A stretch of DNA of 64,000 nt from Cyanophora paradoxa CCMP329 (GCA_004431415.1 QPMI01000712.1:1-64000); one strand, 5' to 3'. Positions 24,901-38,210 are shown, numbered from the stretch's first letter. Numbers and translations are program-made. The notes: generated by a model not told the origin, from the letters alone.

Positions 24901-26589
24901 CATAGTGGGGAGCAAGGGCAACCGCAGTACGGTATCTTGCTCATCGATCGTGTACTGAGTAGCTTCACGAGCGAAGCGATCGCGTGCAGACTTGCAGAGA
25001 ATGCAGCTCCCAAGCACCTCCGGGTCACGTTCACCAGCAGTGTAGTGGGAGTGACAGCGCGCCAGGTTCTCCTTCTCGCGAAGAAGTGCGAACACCATCT
25101 GGCAAAGAGGGTCACGAGCCTGAGCCATGATGACCGCGGTCCCATCGGAAACAAGTTCACGGATCGTCGGTGGCGGAGGAACGTCAACGAGGGGCGGGGG
25201 CCCTCGCTCCAGGTGTCCATGACAACGGTGCCACGCGGCAAGCGAACGTGTGTCGGCTCATTCTGGGCGCCTTCACCTTCGTCCAGCGGGGCGATAGCGC
25301 TGCTAGAAGTGGGATCAGGTCGCGGACGACCGAGGTCACGTTCTTGCTGCAGGAAGTGCATGTACTCTTCCTCGTCAGCAACGTCGAGATGCGACGGGGG
25401 CGCAATGGCATATCGAGACTGCCGTGAATTCTTGCCCTTGGGAGGCTTCACCCGCGGTACGGGGCATGCCTTGGCGTTCAGCGCCTTGCGGGATTGTCGC
25501 CGTCTGCGCCGCTCCTCCGGGGTTCGGTTCCGAACAGAGGGCAGGGTACGAGCGCGTCGATCTCAGACGGGGTACGGCCCATCTCTGCCAGTTGGCGTCG
25601 CCGTTCGAGCGTCGTCGCCGTCCTTTCCCGCGAGGCTTCGTGCAGATCTCGGGCCGCACGCGAACGTCTGTCGCGATCACTGGCGAGGCGGTCAGCGTAG
25701 TCCTTTTCAAGCCGTCGCTGGTATTGGCGCGGGACACTCCAAGCCGTGCTCCGTCTTGAGTTCGACGTTCCGTCGGACGCCGAGGACTGCGAAGATTGGC
25801 CGTCATCCGTGAGGGCCCGGCGTCGTGCCCGTTCCACAGAGTCGCGTAGCGTGCGGTCAGCTGCTTGACGATCGAAGCCTCGCAAAGATGGACGGGGTAG
25901 CGACGGCTCGCTCTCCTCGTCTGTACCCCTCCCCTCCTTCCGGTGACTGAGACCGAGGCCTCCGGGCCGAGCTCTCCCGTCCTCGAGCTTGAAGCCCGTC
26001 AGCGGAGCTCTCCTGTCCTCGAACTTGAAGTCGGCGGCGGCGACCCTCGGCCGGTAGCCAGGCCGCGCCGTCGAGTGTATGCTCGAGGTTCGTCACCCGC
26101 GGCGTCGCCGTGCAGGAGGGGCCGTCGCGCCCGCCTCGTCTGCCGCTGCGGCCGGTGCAGGCGTGTCAACTTCCATGGGTACGACGTCGGGGCAGAGAGG
26201 GCGCCGTTCTCGTGGAGCCGTTCCAGCGTGATCTGGGACTCCACGTCTTCCAGGCCGCCGTTCTCGACGATGTCACGCACTCGCTGAGTGTCGGGCGTCA
26301 ACGACCTTGGACGTCGCCGTGAAGTCTGAGGGTCGTCGCGGTCTCGGCGCGGTGGCGCCGGGCAAGGTGCTCGGGTCGCGTGGTGGCGCGGCGTCTATCC
26401 CCAGTAGGGATCCACGCCGGCCCGTCCAGAGTATGTTGCAGGGCCGAGGAGGTGCGGTGGATGGCGACGCGGTAGAGTTCGCGTGGATCGTCGTAGTCTC
26501 CCGCATCGGGCACACCGAACCCGTGAGCGCCGTCTGGTATCGAAGTCGTGATGTCAGTGCCGTCAGCGCCGCCAGGCTTGTACACTGCG

Positions 26590-27000
26590 TGCGTCTCCGC
26601 AAGGCGAGAGCAGCAGTCCGCAACGACGTTCGACCGCCCGTTGCGGTACTCGATAGTGTAGTTGTAGTGGTTGAGGGCAATGGCCGCGCGCCCAAGCGTC
26701 TTGTTGTTCGCCAGCTCCTGTGTCTTCAACCATTGCAACGCCGAATGATCCGTGCGGATCGTGAACGGGTGGCCGCAGACGAAGTAGTGGTGCCAGACCT
26801 TAACCGCCCAGAGTACCGCAATGCATTCGCCCTCCGTTGGTGATTGGTACTTGCGCTCCATGTTTGTCAGAGTACGACTGATGAATGCGATCGGGCGCTC
26901 GCGGCCGTCCTTGTCCTCCTGCATGAGCACCGCTCCCATGGCCCGTTTGCTCCAGTCCGTGTAAATGATGAACGGCTTCGTGAAGTCGGCAGCATCAGCA
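26590..27000 (-). CDS. Gypsy RNase H
   Basis: DFTKPFIIYTDWSKRAMGAVLMQ...PIAFISRTL...ECIAVLWAV...FTIRTDHSALQWL...GRSNVVAD. Confidence 0.93.
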
Positions 27001-27960
27001 CAATGTCCTCGCACATCGCCTTCTTGAGGTCGTCCAACGCAGCGAGAGCCTCGTCATTCCACACCAAGTTGAGCCGGTCGGCTCGTAGTGCGTCCGTGAG
27101 GAGGTCTCGCAGGGAAAGTTCCCGTCGCGCGTAACTCTGTACGAAGCGCCGGTAGAAGCCCGTGAGGCCGAGGAAACTGCGGAGTTGCTCGACAGTCTGG
27201 AGTTCGTTCGCCGTGATCTTGGAGATGATCTCAACCTTCTTGGGTCCATGCGAATGCCGTCGCTGCTGACACGGAATCCGAGCAGCTCGACTTCCCGCAC
27301 CATGAAACGACATTTGCTGGGCTTGAGTTTGAGGTTACCGCGGTCGATCGCAGCGAAGAAGGCCTCCAGGTCGAGAAGGTGTTGTTTGACGTTCGGCGAG
27401 TGGACCGTGAGGTCATCGACGTACGCCACGACGCAGGTGGACAAAAGGTTGCCCAAAATTGACGTCACGGCTCGACAGAACGCCGCTGGGCCGTTCGTGA
27501 TACCAAAAGGGTCACTTTCCACCTGTACATTCCCCAGGGACGATGAATGTCGTCAGGTCACGTGACTCCTCGTCGAGTTCCAACTGCCAGAAACCCGACG
27601 TTGCGTCGCCAGTCGAGAACGTGGACGCACCCTGTAGGCGCTCCAATTGGTCCTCAATGCGTGGCAACGGGAAGACATCACGTTCCGTGAGGGAATTGAG
27701 CTTCCTGTAGTCGACGCAGAATCGCATCGTGCCATCCTTCTTCGGTGCCAGCACCACGGGGCTGCCGAAACCAGCTTGCGAAGGCTCGATGAGACCGTCG
27801 CGTAGCAGCTTCTCGATTTCCGCCTTCGCAGCCTTCTCCGCAGGCGGAGAGAGCCGGCGAGGGACGGTGTACAGCGGGAGGTGCTTGGCGGGGACGCCGG
27901 GCAGAAGTCGGATGCTGTGCTTGTACTTCAGGAGCTCGCGTGGATTGATGTTCTGGGCGA
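27001..27960 (-). CDS. Gypsy reverse transcriptase; frameshifted
   Basis: SPVVLAPKKDGTMRFCVDYRKLN, FPLPRIED, GDATSGFWQ, PFGITNGPAAF, YVDD, KPSKC, LLGF. Confidence 0.95.
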
Positions 27961-28949
27961 AGCAGTGCTGGCGTTGCGTGAGAAGGTTCTGGAGTTGAGT
28001 GCGATCCTCGGGAAGGGCGTCGGGGTTCGACTCCGATGGTTTCAACAGGGCGTCCACCATCGCCTTGATGGTCTCGGGCGATGGCTTTGTAGGAGGCGCA
28101 GTGTCACTCGACGGGGGCTCCATTCGAGCGTCGGCATTGACGGACGCGATGGGCACCGTGGGGCCGACTGCGGGGCAACCAGCATCGGCTCGGAGTCGAA
28201 GCGGGCGAAGTGAGGCTCGAAGAAGCTGGCCAGCTCCATGAGCTCCTTGTCGTTGAAGTGATCGCCGGTTCGAGCAGTGTAAGGGGTGACGACACGTGCG
28301 ACGTACGACATGAGACGCTCGCTGGCCTCGTGGGATAGCGGGATGTCGGCAGCAGCATCGACGGAGCCAACATGCGCCGCCTCGCCCTCCTTGCAGTTGG
28401 GTTCGGGCGGTCGTCGGTGGTAGACCTCCGGGTAGAGGCGTCGGGCTCGGGAGATGTAGCGCCGTGGTTGCGAGCGTCGGGGTACGACAACAGGCTTGAA
28501 GTTCTCATAGATTTGCGCGGCTACGGAAGAGATCGGGAATGTCAGTTGTTGTTGAGGTGTCCAGGAGCTGTAACACCCCTTGGGTAGGTCTCGACATTCT
28601 CGTGTGGACGGAATTCGGACTCCGGCCAAGTCCCGAATTCAGTCTCCGCAATCACAGTTCCGGCTCGCAGGCGGACAGGCCGCCTGTGAGGGTTGCAGAT
28701 CTGCACGAAAAACGTGCCGTGTGCTGGGTTGCGGTGAATTTGGTATGGCACCAAGAATTCGACTTCGTCGGCTCCGTCGAAGCCGTCGTCGTCGAGGAGG
28801 AGTGGTGGCGGAGTGAGGAGGACTTCCGGTGCGCCGAGAGTCGTGTTCGAAGTCGTTTGTGGCATGTAACATCGAACGAGCGATTCACCCGGCCGTACAG
28901 TGATGTCCTTCGCCAATCGGACCAGAACGCCGCCGTCGTGCTGGCCCGC

Positions 28950-29416
28950 AGCCGAAAAGGGACGTGGAATCGTTCGCCATCCGAGGAGTCAGGCGACGTG
29001 ATCGTCATTCCCCAATTTGCTGGGTCGAGCACGATGTGAGCGTTGAGCGCCACCAGCGTTGTGAGGCCGAGTAGCATTGGAGTGTTGCCCATGAGACCAG
29101 GCGCGACGACGAGGACCTTCCGCGGAATTGTGACCGGACCAACCTTAATTGCAATGAATGCGATGCGCGCATAGGCAGTCATGTCCGTTCCAAAGCCGGT
29201 GAGGTGCACGCGCGGAGCGTTGCTGTAGCGAAGGCCTGGCAGTTTGTCGGCGATACTGCCGTCGAGTACGTCCGCAGCGGCTCCTGTATCCACCAATGCC
29301 TTGGTGAGGAGGTATTGAAGGACTTGTCGTCGGTGATCGATAGCGGCGATGTGCAAGTTGACGCAGATTCGGCCGTCGTTGATGCGCTCTCTGAGCGTGC
29401 GGTTCGTGTCCGTCAT
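28950..29416 (-). CDS. Retropepsin-like aspartic protease
   Basis: KALVDTGAAADV followed by PMLLGLTTL, upstream of RT. Confidence 0.85.
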
Positions 29417-30829
29417 TCGCGCAATGGGGTGTGGTACTGACGGGCCGCCGTCGCCGAAGAGGGGAACGTCAAGGGGTCCTCGACGTCGTCAAATCCCAAC
29501 ATGCGTGCCGCGCAGACGCGAAGCGAGGCGAGGTAGCTCTGCTCATACGGTGTGCACGGTGTCGAACCGGAGATGACGCTGGCTGGCGGGAGCGGTGCCG
29601 TCCGCTTGAGGCGAGGTCGCTTCCGCGTGGTTGTCCGCCTGTGCACGTTCATGAGGACGTCCGTCGCGGCGAATGGGCGTGCCCTGCAGGGAGCTGCCGA
29701 CAGACGCAGCGGGGGCCGGTGATTGCGCATTGTGGCTGAAAAGTATCCGACGCCAAGGATGGGCTTGCAGTCGGCGTTTGCGAGCTTGTTGAGGTGGCGG
29801 TTGCTGGGCCAGCCATAGTGAATCTCGTTGATCGCGTCAACTTCGGTCCCCGCTGCGCCATCCCGTCGTTCAGCCGGCCGGTAGCCAGGCCCTCCGGGGA
29901 TCGGAACGGGATGGCTTCGCGGTGGCGCGAGAGAGACGCCCGGAGATATTTGACGAGTTGGGGCCAAGCGTGGCGGAGGCGCGTGTCGCGTTGGAGTACG
30001 TGCCGCTCGTAGAAACGTGTCCGTTGAGCGTCATGACTACGGAAGTCATTGTGGAGGACCACGTCCCACGCCGCGAGGCCGATTGAATTGAGGATGAAGG
30101 CCGCCCGAGTGAACAAGGCGCGAGTGAAAGCGAGGTCGGCTGACAGGCCCTGAGAGGTTGTGAAATCCCACCGAAAGTTCTCGATCTCGTGGAGCGTCTC
30201 CAGGATTGCGTGGGCGTTGAGTTGGTGAGACCGCTGAAGCGGCGACCAGTCGTACAAGTGATAACTGGCAGCGAATTCAGGGTCCTCGAAGGCACGGTGT
30301 CGCGCGGACGTGATCCGCTCGTAGTCCGGTCCCCGTCCAGAGTAGAGGAGCCAGCAGCCCATCGTGAGATCCGTCGACGTCCTGGGATTAGTGAGGTCGT
30401 TGTATGCGATCGTGTACGTGTGCTGCCGTGTGAGCGGTCCAAGGAGGCCGTGGGGGCGAACGCGGACGACTGCACGCGCGAGGCTAGGCTCGGCGTCCCG
30501 GCCGACGGGGTCTCCGATGGAGCTACGGACTCGGCGGTGGAGCCACCACTGTCCGAGCTGGAGTCGTCGCCGTCAGAGGTTCCCGTCGTCTCGGTCCCCG
30601 TAGGACTACGACGCGGAGGCCTGTTACTGCCAGATGGCTTGAAGACAACACCCTGGATGTGACCGAAGCGTGCCAGTCCCGTCGGCTCGTTGGTGCGCAG
30701 ATCCTTGAAGTCGGTCGACCAGACGACGAAGGGTCGGACAAAGGGCTTGCGCGCAATCCCAGGGTTCCGACGAATGTACTCGTCCGTGCCCACGAGCTTG
30801 ATCTTGCCGTCGAGGCGCGGGTCCCAAAT
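29417..30829 (-). CDS. Distal part of the giant unknown ORF preceding Gypsy pol
   Basis: Chained ORFs 29870-30844, 29649-30362 and 29413-29967 with protein-like content, cut at the A1 repeat. Confidence 0.6.
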
Positions 30830-31144
30830 TCGGGGTTTGCGCAATTAAGCGTAAACCGAGTTTTGCGCCGACGGAATGAATAGAAGAGAAGCCAGAGCGC
30901 CAACTGCCTACCTTAGCTAGAAGGACCGAGCGACCGGACCGGCCTAAGCGACGGGTCCGGGCCTCGAGCACGGTATAGCAGAATTCGAGTTCTGCACCGA
31001 CTCCGGGGAGAACTCAGAATTTGATTCGGTCGCGCCCTGAGGCGAACGAAGGCCGGGGTACGGCCATTCCTTCGGCTGCCCTTCGGCATAACTTCGTCCT
31101 TGGTTGCCAGCTTGACCAGGCACCCAGCGGCGAAGCGAAATCGC
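30830..31144 (+). repeat. Split direct repeat A1 (315 bp), copy 1
   Basis: Matches 36176-36490 and 57026-57340; 3' part also at 63352-63483. Confidence 0.95.
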
Positions 31145-31827
31145 CACAGCCAGTTCATACCACCTGCGTTCAGCATGACGCAGCCGAACGCACCCGAATC
31201 GGCGATTCCGCCGACCGGCCACGCCAGCCTGCAGTGGAGCAAGCTAGCTCAGCGCTTCTTCTCCAAATCCCCTGCGGCGGGCGCGATCCAGCGAACCTTG
31301 CTCGATCCGTGGCCTGACGGCGTTCAGTCTTCCTGGATGATGCCCTGGCAGTCCGACGGATCCTCTCAGTCGCTCTTGGACTCTTACAACTGGGGCTTCC
31401 TAAAGCCCGGTACGCTCGTTCTCGGCCCGGCCGCCCGTCGGTTAGAAGATCTTCGACCGGCTATCTCGGGGCCGTGCCGCCAACCGCGGCCGTGCACTTA
31501 GAACCCTAGCCCGAGCACTATCTCAGAAGAGTCTCGCTCGTTTAAGTGTCTGAGCCCGACAGCCCTTCCTTTTCTTTGTTTTCCCCTTCTCGATTCCGTC
31601 GCGACGCACACTTACGCATCTCGCGCATGGCCTCGCGACGGCTGGGTCGACGCGGCGATGACGGGCGCGACGAACTCCGCCTCGAAGCCGCCCCGACCAC
31701 ACCCGCGCCGCCATGCCCTGCCTGACATGCCGGCGGCGCGGCGCAGATGACGGCGGCCACCGAGCGAGAGAGCCAAAAACGGTGGCGCTCCAGGACCTCG
31801 GCGGCCGCCATCATCATACCTTGCGCG

Positions 31828-32475
31828 GTGTCCCGGCAGAGCCCGGCGCGCACACCGGCAGGAAGGCGGAGCGGCTCGCGGCCGGCGCGCCGGCGAGCCC
31901 CGCAGAGCGTCGAGGCACGACTGCGTGCTCCGCTTTCTTCCCCTGTGCGATGTCCCGGCGGAGCCCGGCGCGTACATCGACAGGAAGGCGGCGAGACCCA
32001 CCGGCGCGCCGGGGTCTCCCGCGGGACGTCGAGGCACGGGTCGCGTGCTCCGTCCCACCTCGCGCAGTGCCCCGGCGGAGACCGGCGCGTGCACTGGCGA
32101 GAAGGCGGAGAGGCTCGCGGCCGGCGCGCCGGCGAACCCCGCAGAGCGTCCAGGCACGCCCGCGTGCTCCGCTCCCCTCCTTTTTTCCCTGTGTGATGTC
32201 CCGGCGGAGCCCGGCGCGTACATCGACAGGAAGGCGGCGCGACCCACCGGCGCGCCGGCGGGCCCCGCGGGACGTAGATGCACGGGCCGCGTGCTCCGTC
32301 CCACCTCGCGCAGTGCCCCGGCAGAGCCCGGCGCGCGCACTGGCGAGAAGGCGGAGAAGCTCGCGCCCGGCACGCCGGCGAGCCCCGCGGGACGTTGAGT
32401 CACAGTTACGTGCTCCGTCCTCTCCCGCGCGGTGCCCCGGCGGAGCCCGGCGCGCGCACCGGCGAGGCAGCGGCG
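31828..32475 (+). repeat. About 5.4 tandem units of ~120 bp in the 5' region of the YR element (second copy at ~37174-37820)
   Basis: Unit begins GTGYCCCGGCRGAGCCCGGCGCG and ends CGTGCTCCG; two variants alternate; translates as VPAEPGAxTGxKAExLAAGAPAxPAxR. Confidence 0.85.
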
Positions 32476-35400
32476 TTCCCCGTCGGCTCCGACGGCAGAC
32501 CCCGCGAGAGTCGACGCGCGCCGCACCGCGCTCCTCTATCTAGCCTCCCGCCCTCCCCCGCCACGCCGCAGCCGCAACACACCGGCTGACACGGCCCCGC
32601 GCAGATAAGGACGCCGGCAGCGGCAGCAAGGCGATGAGCGTGTCCGCCTCCATGATCATCGACTACTGGCGCCACGCGCCCGAACCGCATCGCCTCCTCT
32701 TCTGCGGCGACTGCGCGACGACGGCGGGGATCTTCCCCCCGTTCCTCTCCAGCGGCACGCTCGACGGCGGTCTCATGGTGGGCCGCCCCCGTCACGCCTG
32801 CATGACCCCCCGCTCGCTTATTAACCGACGGCCTGACAGTCTCGCCCGGCGGACGCGTCAACCATGCTGGTCACTTCTCTCGTCCCGATCATCGCTTTCG
32901 CGGTCGACGAGGCTAGTTTCTACGCCGTCGCCCCGTGTTCTTCCGACCCCACCAGCCCTGGCTACATGTCCGCATGCCCCGCCTCTCGACGTCACGCGTT
33001 AACCGCGATCGCCAGCGACTACTCGGCGGTGCGCGACTCGGTTCCGCGGGAGCTGTTCAACGAGGCGGTACTCCGCTTCGGCGAGTCGGCCGCCGTACTC
33101 CTGGCTACCTTCGGCGCCACCTGCCTCGAGGTCACGGAGTTCTACGGCTACAAGTACGGCACCATCCCTGTCGGCCTCCCGCGAGGGTTCCCGATTTACT
33201 ACGACGACATTCCGTGCCGGTACGCCACTCCTCGCTCACCGTGCCGCGCCCCTCACCCTCCACAGTGACTGGGCGGCCCTCGAACCCTGGGAAAAAGTGA
33301 CGGCGCTCGGTGCGCTCACTCAGCTCTACGCCTGGTCCCCCGAGTCAGTCCCCAAGTACTCCAAGACGGCGGTAGCCGACGCCCACGGCTGGCTCCGGCC
33401 CTTGCTTGTCACCTTCATCGAGAAAAGCAAGGCGCTCTCCCGCGATCACCGCAAGATCCTGCGCAACGACATCGTCGCCGCCTTCGGCCTGGCCCCGGTC
33501 CGGCCCGCGTCTCTCCAAAACGCGAGTGGCCGGCATCTCTTCCGGGCGGCCTGACAGTCGGCACCGTCCCCTTCGGAAAAGTCCGCCCGCCGCGCGCTCG
33601 CTGCACGCCAGCGCACTCAGCGGTCGCCCGCTTCGCAGTTCTCGTTCGCCGACTTCTCTCGCGCTTGCGGCTTCCACCCGGCCCACTGGGACGCCTCCGC
33701 GGTGCTGCGCGACTGGGACCAGCCGGCCCACAAGGCCGTCAGCCTGTACTTCCCCCACATCTTGAAGGCGGCGGAGGCCGCGCGAAAACGCCGCGGCGCC
33801 GCGGCCTCGGGCGACGCCGACGCTGCCACCGCCGCCACCGCCAGCGCACCCCCAGCGGACCCCAAGTCGGTCCGCGCACACATTACCCCCTCTCGCCTCG
33901 CCCACGCTCGCTGCCGATGCTTCTTTTTTCGCGGGCAGCGAGCACGGGCTCCGAAGGTGGCACATGGAGCGGCCGCGGCCCCCTCGGCACCCCCTCCGGC
34001 CCAGAAGCGCGCCGGTGCGCTACCCACCCCCGCTCATTTTTTACCGCCGCCCACCCCGCCGCGCAGGGGCAGCCCCGCCCACCGGCCTCGCTCCTCCGCG
34101 CCGCCCCGCGCCTGCCAAGCCGGCGGCTGCGGCCGGGAACACCGACACCGCCGACGCGGACGCGGACGACGACGTCGACCGCCCGCGCGCCTCGCGGTCG
34201 ACCCGCCCGCCTAAGCGGACCAAGGCGACCGAGGCCTCGGCCCCGAAGGCCCCCCCGGCGCCCGCAGACTCAGCCGACGAAGGCGGCGAGTCAGACGCCC
34301 CGCCTTCACCCGCCGAGGAGGCGGAAGCACAGGCCCCGCCACCCAAACCCGCCAAGAGCCGCAAGGCCAAGACCGGTCCGTCCACGCGCCCGCTGGCCTC
34401 CCCGGCGGCTCACCCCCGCCTAGGCGACCCCCTTGAGATTCGCCTGGCCCGACTTTCTGACCCGGCCCACTTCACCGCAGCCGACCGCGACAAGGCCCTG
34501 CAGTTCGCCGAGACCCGCGACCTTCCCACGCCGAACCCGGCCCCGCGGTCTCCGACCTGCCGCCCGTTCCGCCGGCCAACCCGCAGGCGCTCGCGGCGTC
34601 CATGCTGCAAGCCGGCCTCGCCAGCATGGCCGGCGGCGGCCCGCCTCCCCCGTTCTGGCCCGCGGGAGTTCCGTCCCCGTTCCTGCAGCACCAGCAGCAG
34701 CCCCGCTACTCGGCCGCTTCCACGGTCACGCCAGCGGGCTGGGTCGTCCAGGCGCCCCCGCATTTCGCGGCTCCCTGGCCCTCCTCCGGCACCGCCAACC
34801 ACGGCGCCGGCATGTTCCCGGGCTTCGGGGGCCCGCAGACCGACTGGTTCGGCCCCGCCGACCCCGGCTTCCGGATGCCGCCCGCCGGCCCGCAGCTCCC
34901 GCCCCGGCAGGCCGCTTCCCACACCGCCGCGCCACTCGCCGCCGGCCCCCGTGGGGTCCCCGCCGCCCGCTCCGGCAGCCGCGGGGCCACCCAGGCCGCG
35001 CAGAAGCTCGCCCCGCCCGCCGCCGCAGCGCCGACAGAGCAGCCCCCGACCTCATCCTCCACCCGCGCCCGACCGTTCGTCCCCAGCGACGCGGAGATGG
35101 AGGACGAGGCGGAATCCGACGCCCCCGGCGACGAACCCGCCGGCGAGGACGACTGGGCCGGCGACTGGGACTCGGACGACACCTCGACGCCGCAGGACGC
35201 CAGTCCCCACGTCGACGCTCCCTCCGAGTCCGGTACGGACTCGTGGCCGCCGCAGCCCAAACCCTCCCTCCGTCACACTGACCCGGGATCGTGCAGAATC
35301 CGCTGCCCCAGTGTACTTGTTGGACCGTTCAGATCGTGCAGAATCCGCTACCCGGGCGGCTGAAGGTCCGTTGGACTTGTGGGGCGCGGCGCGCAGGCCG

Positions 35401-36175
35401 GCCCAGGAGTTCGAGACCGGCGTCATGCGGCGCAGCGTCCGTGGCGCCGGCGTCAGCGGGGCCAGCGCTGGCGTGCACGTAGGCACTGGCGCGGAAGCTA
35501 ACTGCGAGGTACGCGGCCGTGCGCGTGGCTGGTACGCGTCCGGATCCGTACGCGGGGCTCGTACGACAGCTCTCGGCGTCATGCGGCGCGGCGTCCGCGG
35601 CCGAGCTCGAGGCACCGGCGTTGGCGGGGCTAGCACTAGCGTGGGCGCCGGAGCTAGCTGCGAAACCTGCAGTGGTAGTATCGGTGCTATAGCTAGGCGC
35701 CGGCACGCGACCGGACGCAGGGTTGGTGGTACTAGCTATAGTGCAGCTATTAAAGCGCCAATCGCGGATTGCGGAGGTATTGGGCCGCTTCGATTCCTTC
35801 GAATCATTGCCCGACTCACCGGTCGCATGAATAGAAAAAACTGTTCGCGTTGGAGTGTTTTGACGGCACGCGGCGGGGGTACCGGTAGGCGCAGTTTCGT
35901 CCGGGGCCCTGAGACGTTCCGACCGGAAGGGGAGGCTCCACCGGCCACTGCAGTAGGCGGCGGCGCTGATGTGGCTTCCGTGCTCCAGTCCAGCGATCAG
36001 GTTCTGGAGCATGCCGTAGCGCGGTCTAGCGAACGTGGTCCAGGAGGTGCTCCAGATGTAGACACGGCGACTGAGCTGCGAAAGTACTTGCGCGGCCTGC
36101 TGGATGCCGAGGCGAACAGCGCGGCGTGGAGCGGCAGCGACAGTAGCATCAGTACGGGGATTGGCCCCTCGCTGC

Positions 36176-36490
36176 TCGGGGTTTGCGCAATTAAGCGTAA
36201 ACCGAGTTTTGCGCCGACGGAATGAATAGAAGAGAAGCCAGAGCGCCAACTGCCTACCTTAGCTAGAAGGACCGAGCGACCGGACCGGCCTAAGCGACGG
36301 GTCCGGGCCTCGAGCACGGTATAGCAGAATTCGAGTTCTGCACCGACTCCGGGGAGAACTCAGAATTTGATTCGGTCGCGCCCTGAGGCGAACGAAGGCC
36401 GGGGTACGGCCATTCCTTCGGCTGCCCTTCGGCATAACTTCGTCCTTGGTTGCCAGCTTGACCAGGCACCCAGCGGCGAAGCGAAATCGC
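36176..36490 (+). repeat. Split direct repeat A1, copy 2
   Basis: Same 315-bp sequence as 30830-31144. Confidence 0.95.
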
Positions 36491-38210
36491 CACAGCCAGT
36501 TCATACCACCTGCGTTCAGCATGACGCAGCCGAACGCACCCGAATCGGTGATTCCGCCGACCGGCCACGCCAGCCTGCAGTGGAGCAAGCTAGCTCAGCG
36601 CTTCTTCTCCAAATCCCCTGCGGCGGGCGCGATCCAGCGAACCTTGCTCGATCCGTGGCCTGACGGCGTTCAGTCTTCCTGGATGATGCCCTGGCAGTCC
36701 GACGGATCCTCTCAGTCGCTCTTGGACTCTTACAACTGGGGCTTCCTAAAGCCCGGTACGCTCGTTCTCGGCCCGGCCGCCCGTCGGTTAGAAGATCTTC
36801 GACCGGCTATCTCGGGGCCGTGCCGCCAACCGCGGCCGTGCACTTAGAACCCTAGCCCGAGCACTATCTCAGAAGAGTCTCGCTCGTTTAAGTGTCTGAG
36901 CCCGACAGCCCTTCCTTTTCTTTGTTTTCCCCTTCTCGATTCCGTCGCGACGCACACTTACGCATCTCGCGCATGGCCTCGCGACGGCTGGGTCGACGCG
37001 GCGATGACGGGCGCGACGAACTCCGCCTCGAAGCCGCCCCGACCACACCCGCGCCGCCATGCCCTGCCTGACATGCCGGCGGCGCGGCGCAGATGACGGC
37101 GGCCACCGAGCGAGAGAGCCAAAAACGGTGGCGCTCCAGGACCTCGGCGGCCGCCATCATCATACCTTGCGCGGTGTCCCGGCAGAGCCCGGCGCGCACA
37201 CCGGCAGGAAGGCGGAGCGGCTCGCGGCCGGCGCGCCGGCGAGCCCCGCAGAGCGTCGAGGCACGACTGCGTGCTCCGCTTTCTTCCCCTGTGCGATGTC
37301 CCGGCGGAGCCCGGCGCGTACATCGACAGGAAGGCGGCGAGACCCACCGGCGCGCCGGGGTCTCCCGCGGGACGTCGAGGCACGGGTCGCGTGCTCCGTC
37401 CCACCTCGCGCAGTGCCCCGGCGGAGACCGGCGCGTGCACTGGCGAGAAGGCGGAGAGGCTCGCGGCCGGCGCGCCGGCGAACCCCGCAGAGCGTCCAGG
37501 CACGCCCGCGTGCTCCGCTCCCTCCTTTTTTCCCTGTGTGATGTCCCGGCGGAGCCCGGCGCGTACATCGACAGGAAGGCGGCGCGACCCACCGGCGCGC
37601 CGGCGGGCCCCGCGGGACGTAGATGCACGGGCCGCGTGCTCCGTCCCACCTCGCGCAGTGCCCCGGCAGAGCCCGGCGCGCGCACTGGCGAGAAGGCGGA
37701 GAAGCTCGCGCCCGGCACGCCGGCGAGCCCCGCGGGACGTTGAGTCACAGTTACGTGCTCCGTCCTCTCCCGCGCGGTGCCCCGGCGGAGCCCGGCGCGC
37801 GCACCGGCGAGGCAGCGGCGTTCCCCGTCGGCTCCGACGGCAGACCCCGCGAGAGTCGACGCGCGCCGCACCGCGCTCCTCTATCTAGCCTCCCCGCCCC
37901 TCCCCCGCCACGCCGCAGCCGCAACACACCGGCTGACACGGCCCCGCGCAGATAAGGACGCCGGCAGCGGCAGCAAGGCGATGAGCGTGTCCGCCTCCAT
38001 GATCATCGACTACTGGCGCCACGTGCCCGAACCGCATCGCCTCCTCTTCTGCGGCGACTGCGCGACGACGGCGGGGATCTTCCCCCCGTTCCTCTCCAGC
38101 GGCACGCTCGACGGCGGTCTCATGGTGGGCCGCCCCCGTCACGCCTGCATGACCCCCCGCTCGCTTATTAACCGACGGCCTGACAGTCTCGCCCGGCGGA
38201 CGCGTCAACC

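Larger units (their letters stand above)
30830..35316 (+). repeat. 4.5-kb near-identical direct duplicate of 36176-40655 (5' half of the YR element)
   Basis: Colinear, differing by a few substitutions and single-base indels; diverges after ...CCCCAGTGTAC. Confidence 0.95.

Noticed and set aside
30830-31144. Self-cleaving ribozyme in repeat A or B
   Set aside because: Hairpins are present, but I could not identify a complete hammerhead (CUGANGA...GAAA) or HDV-like core by eye.
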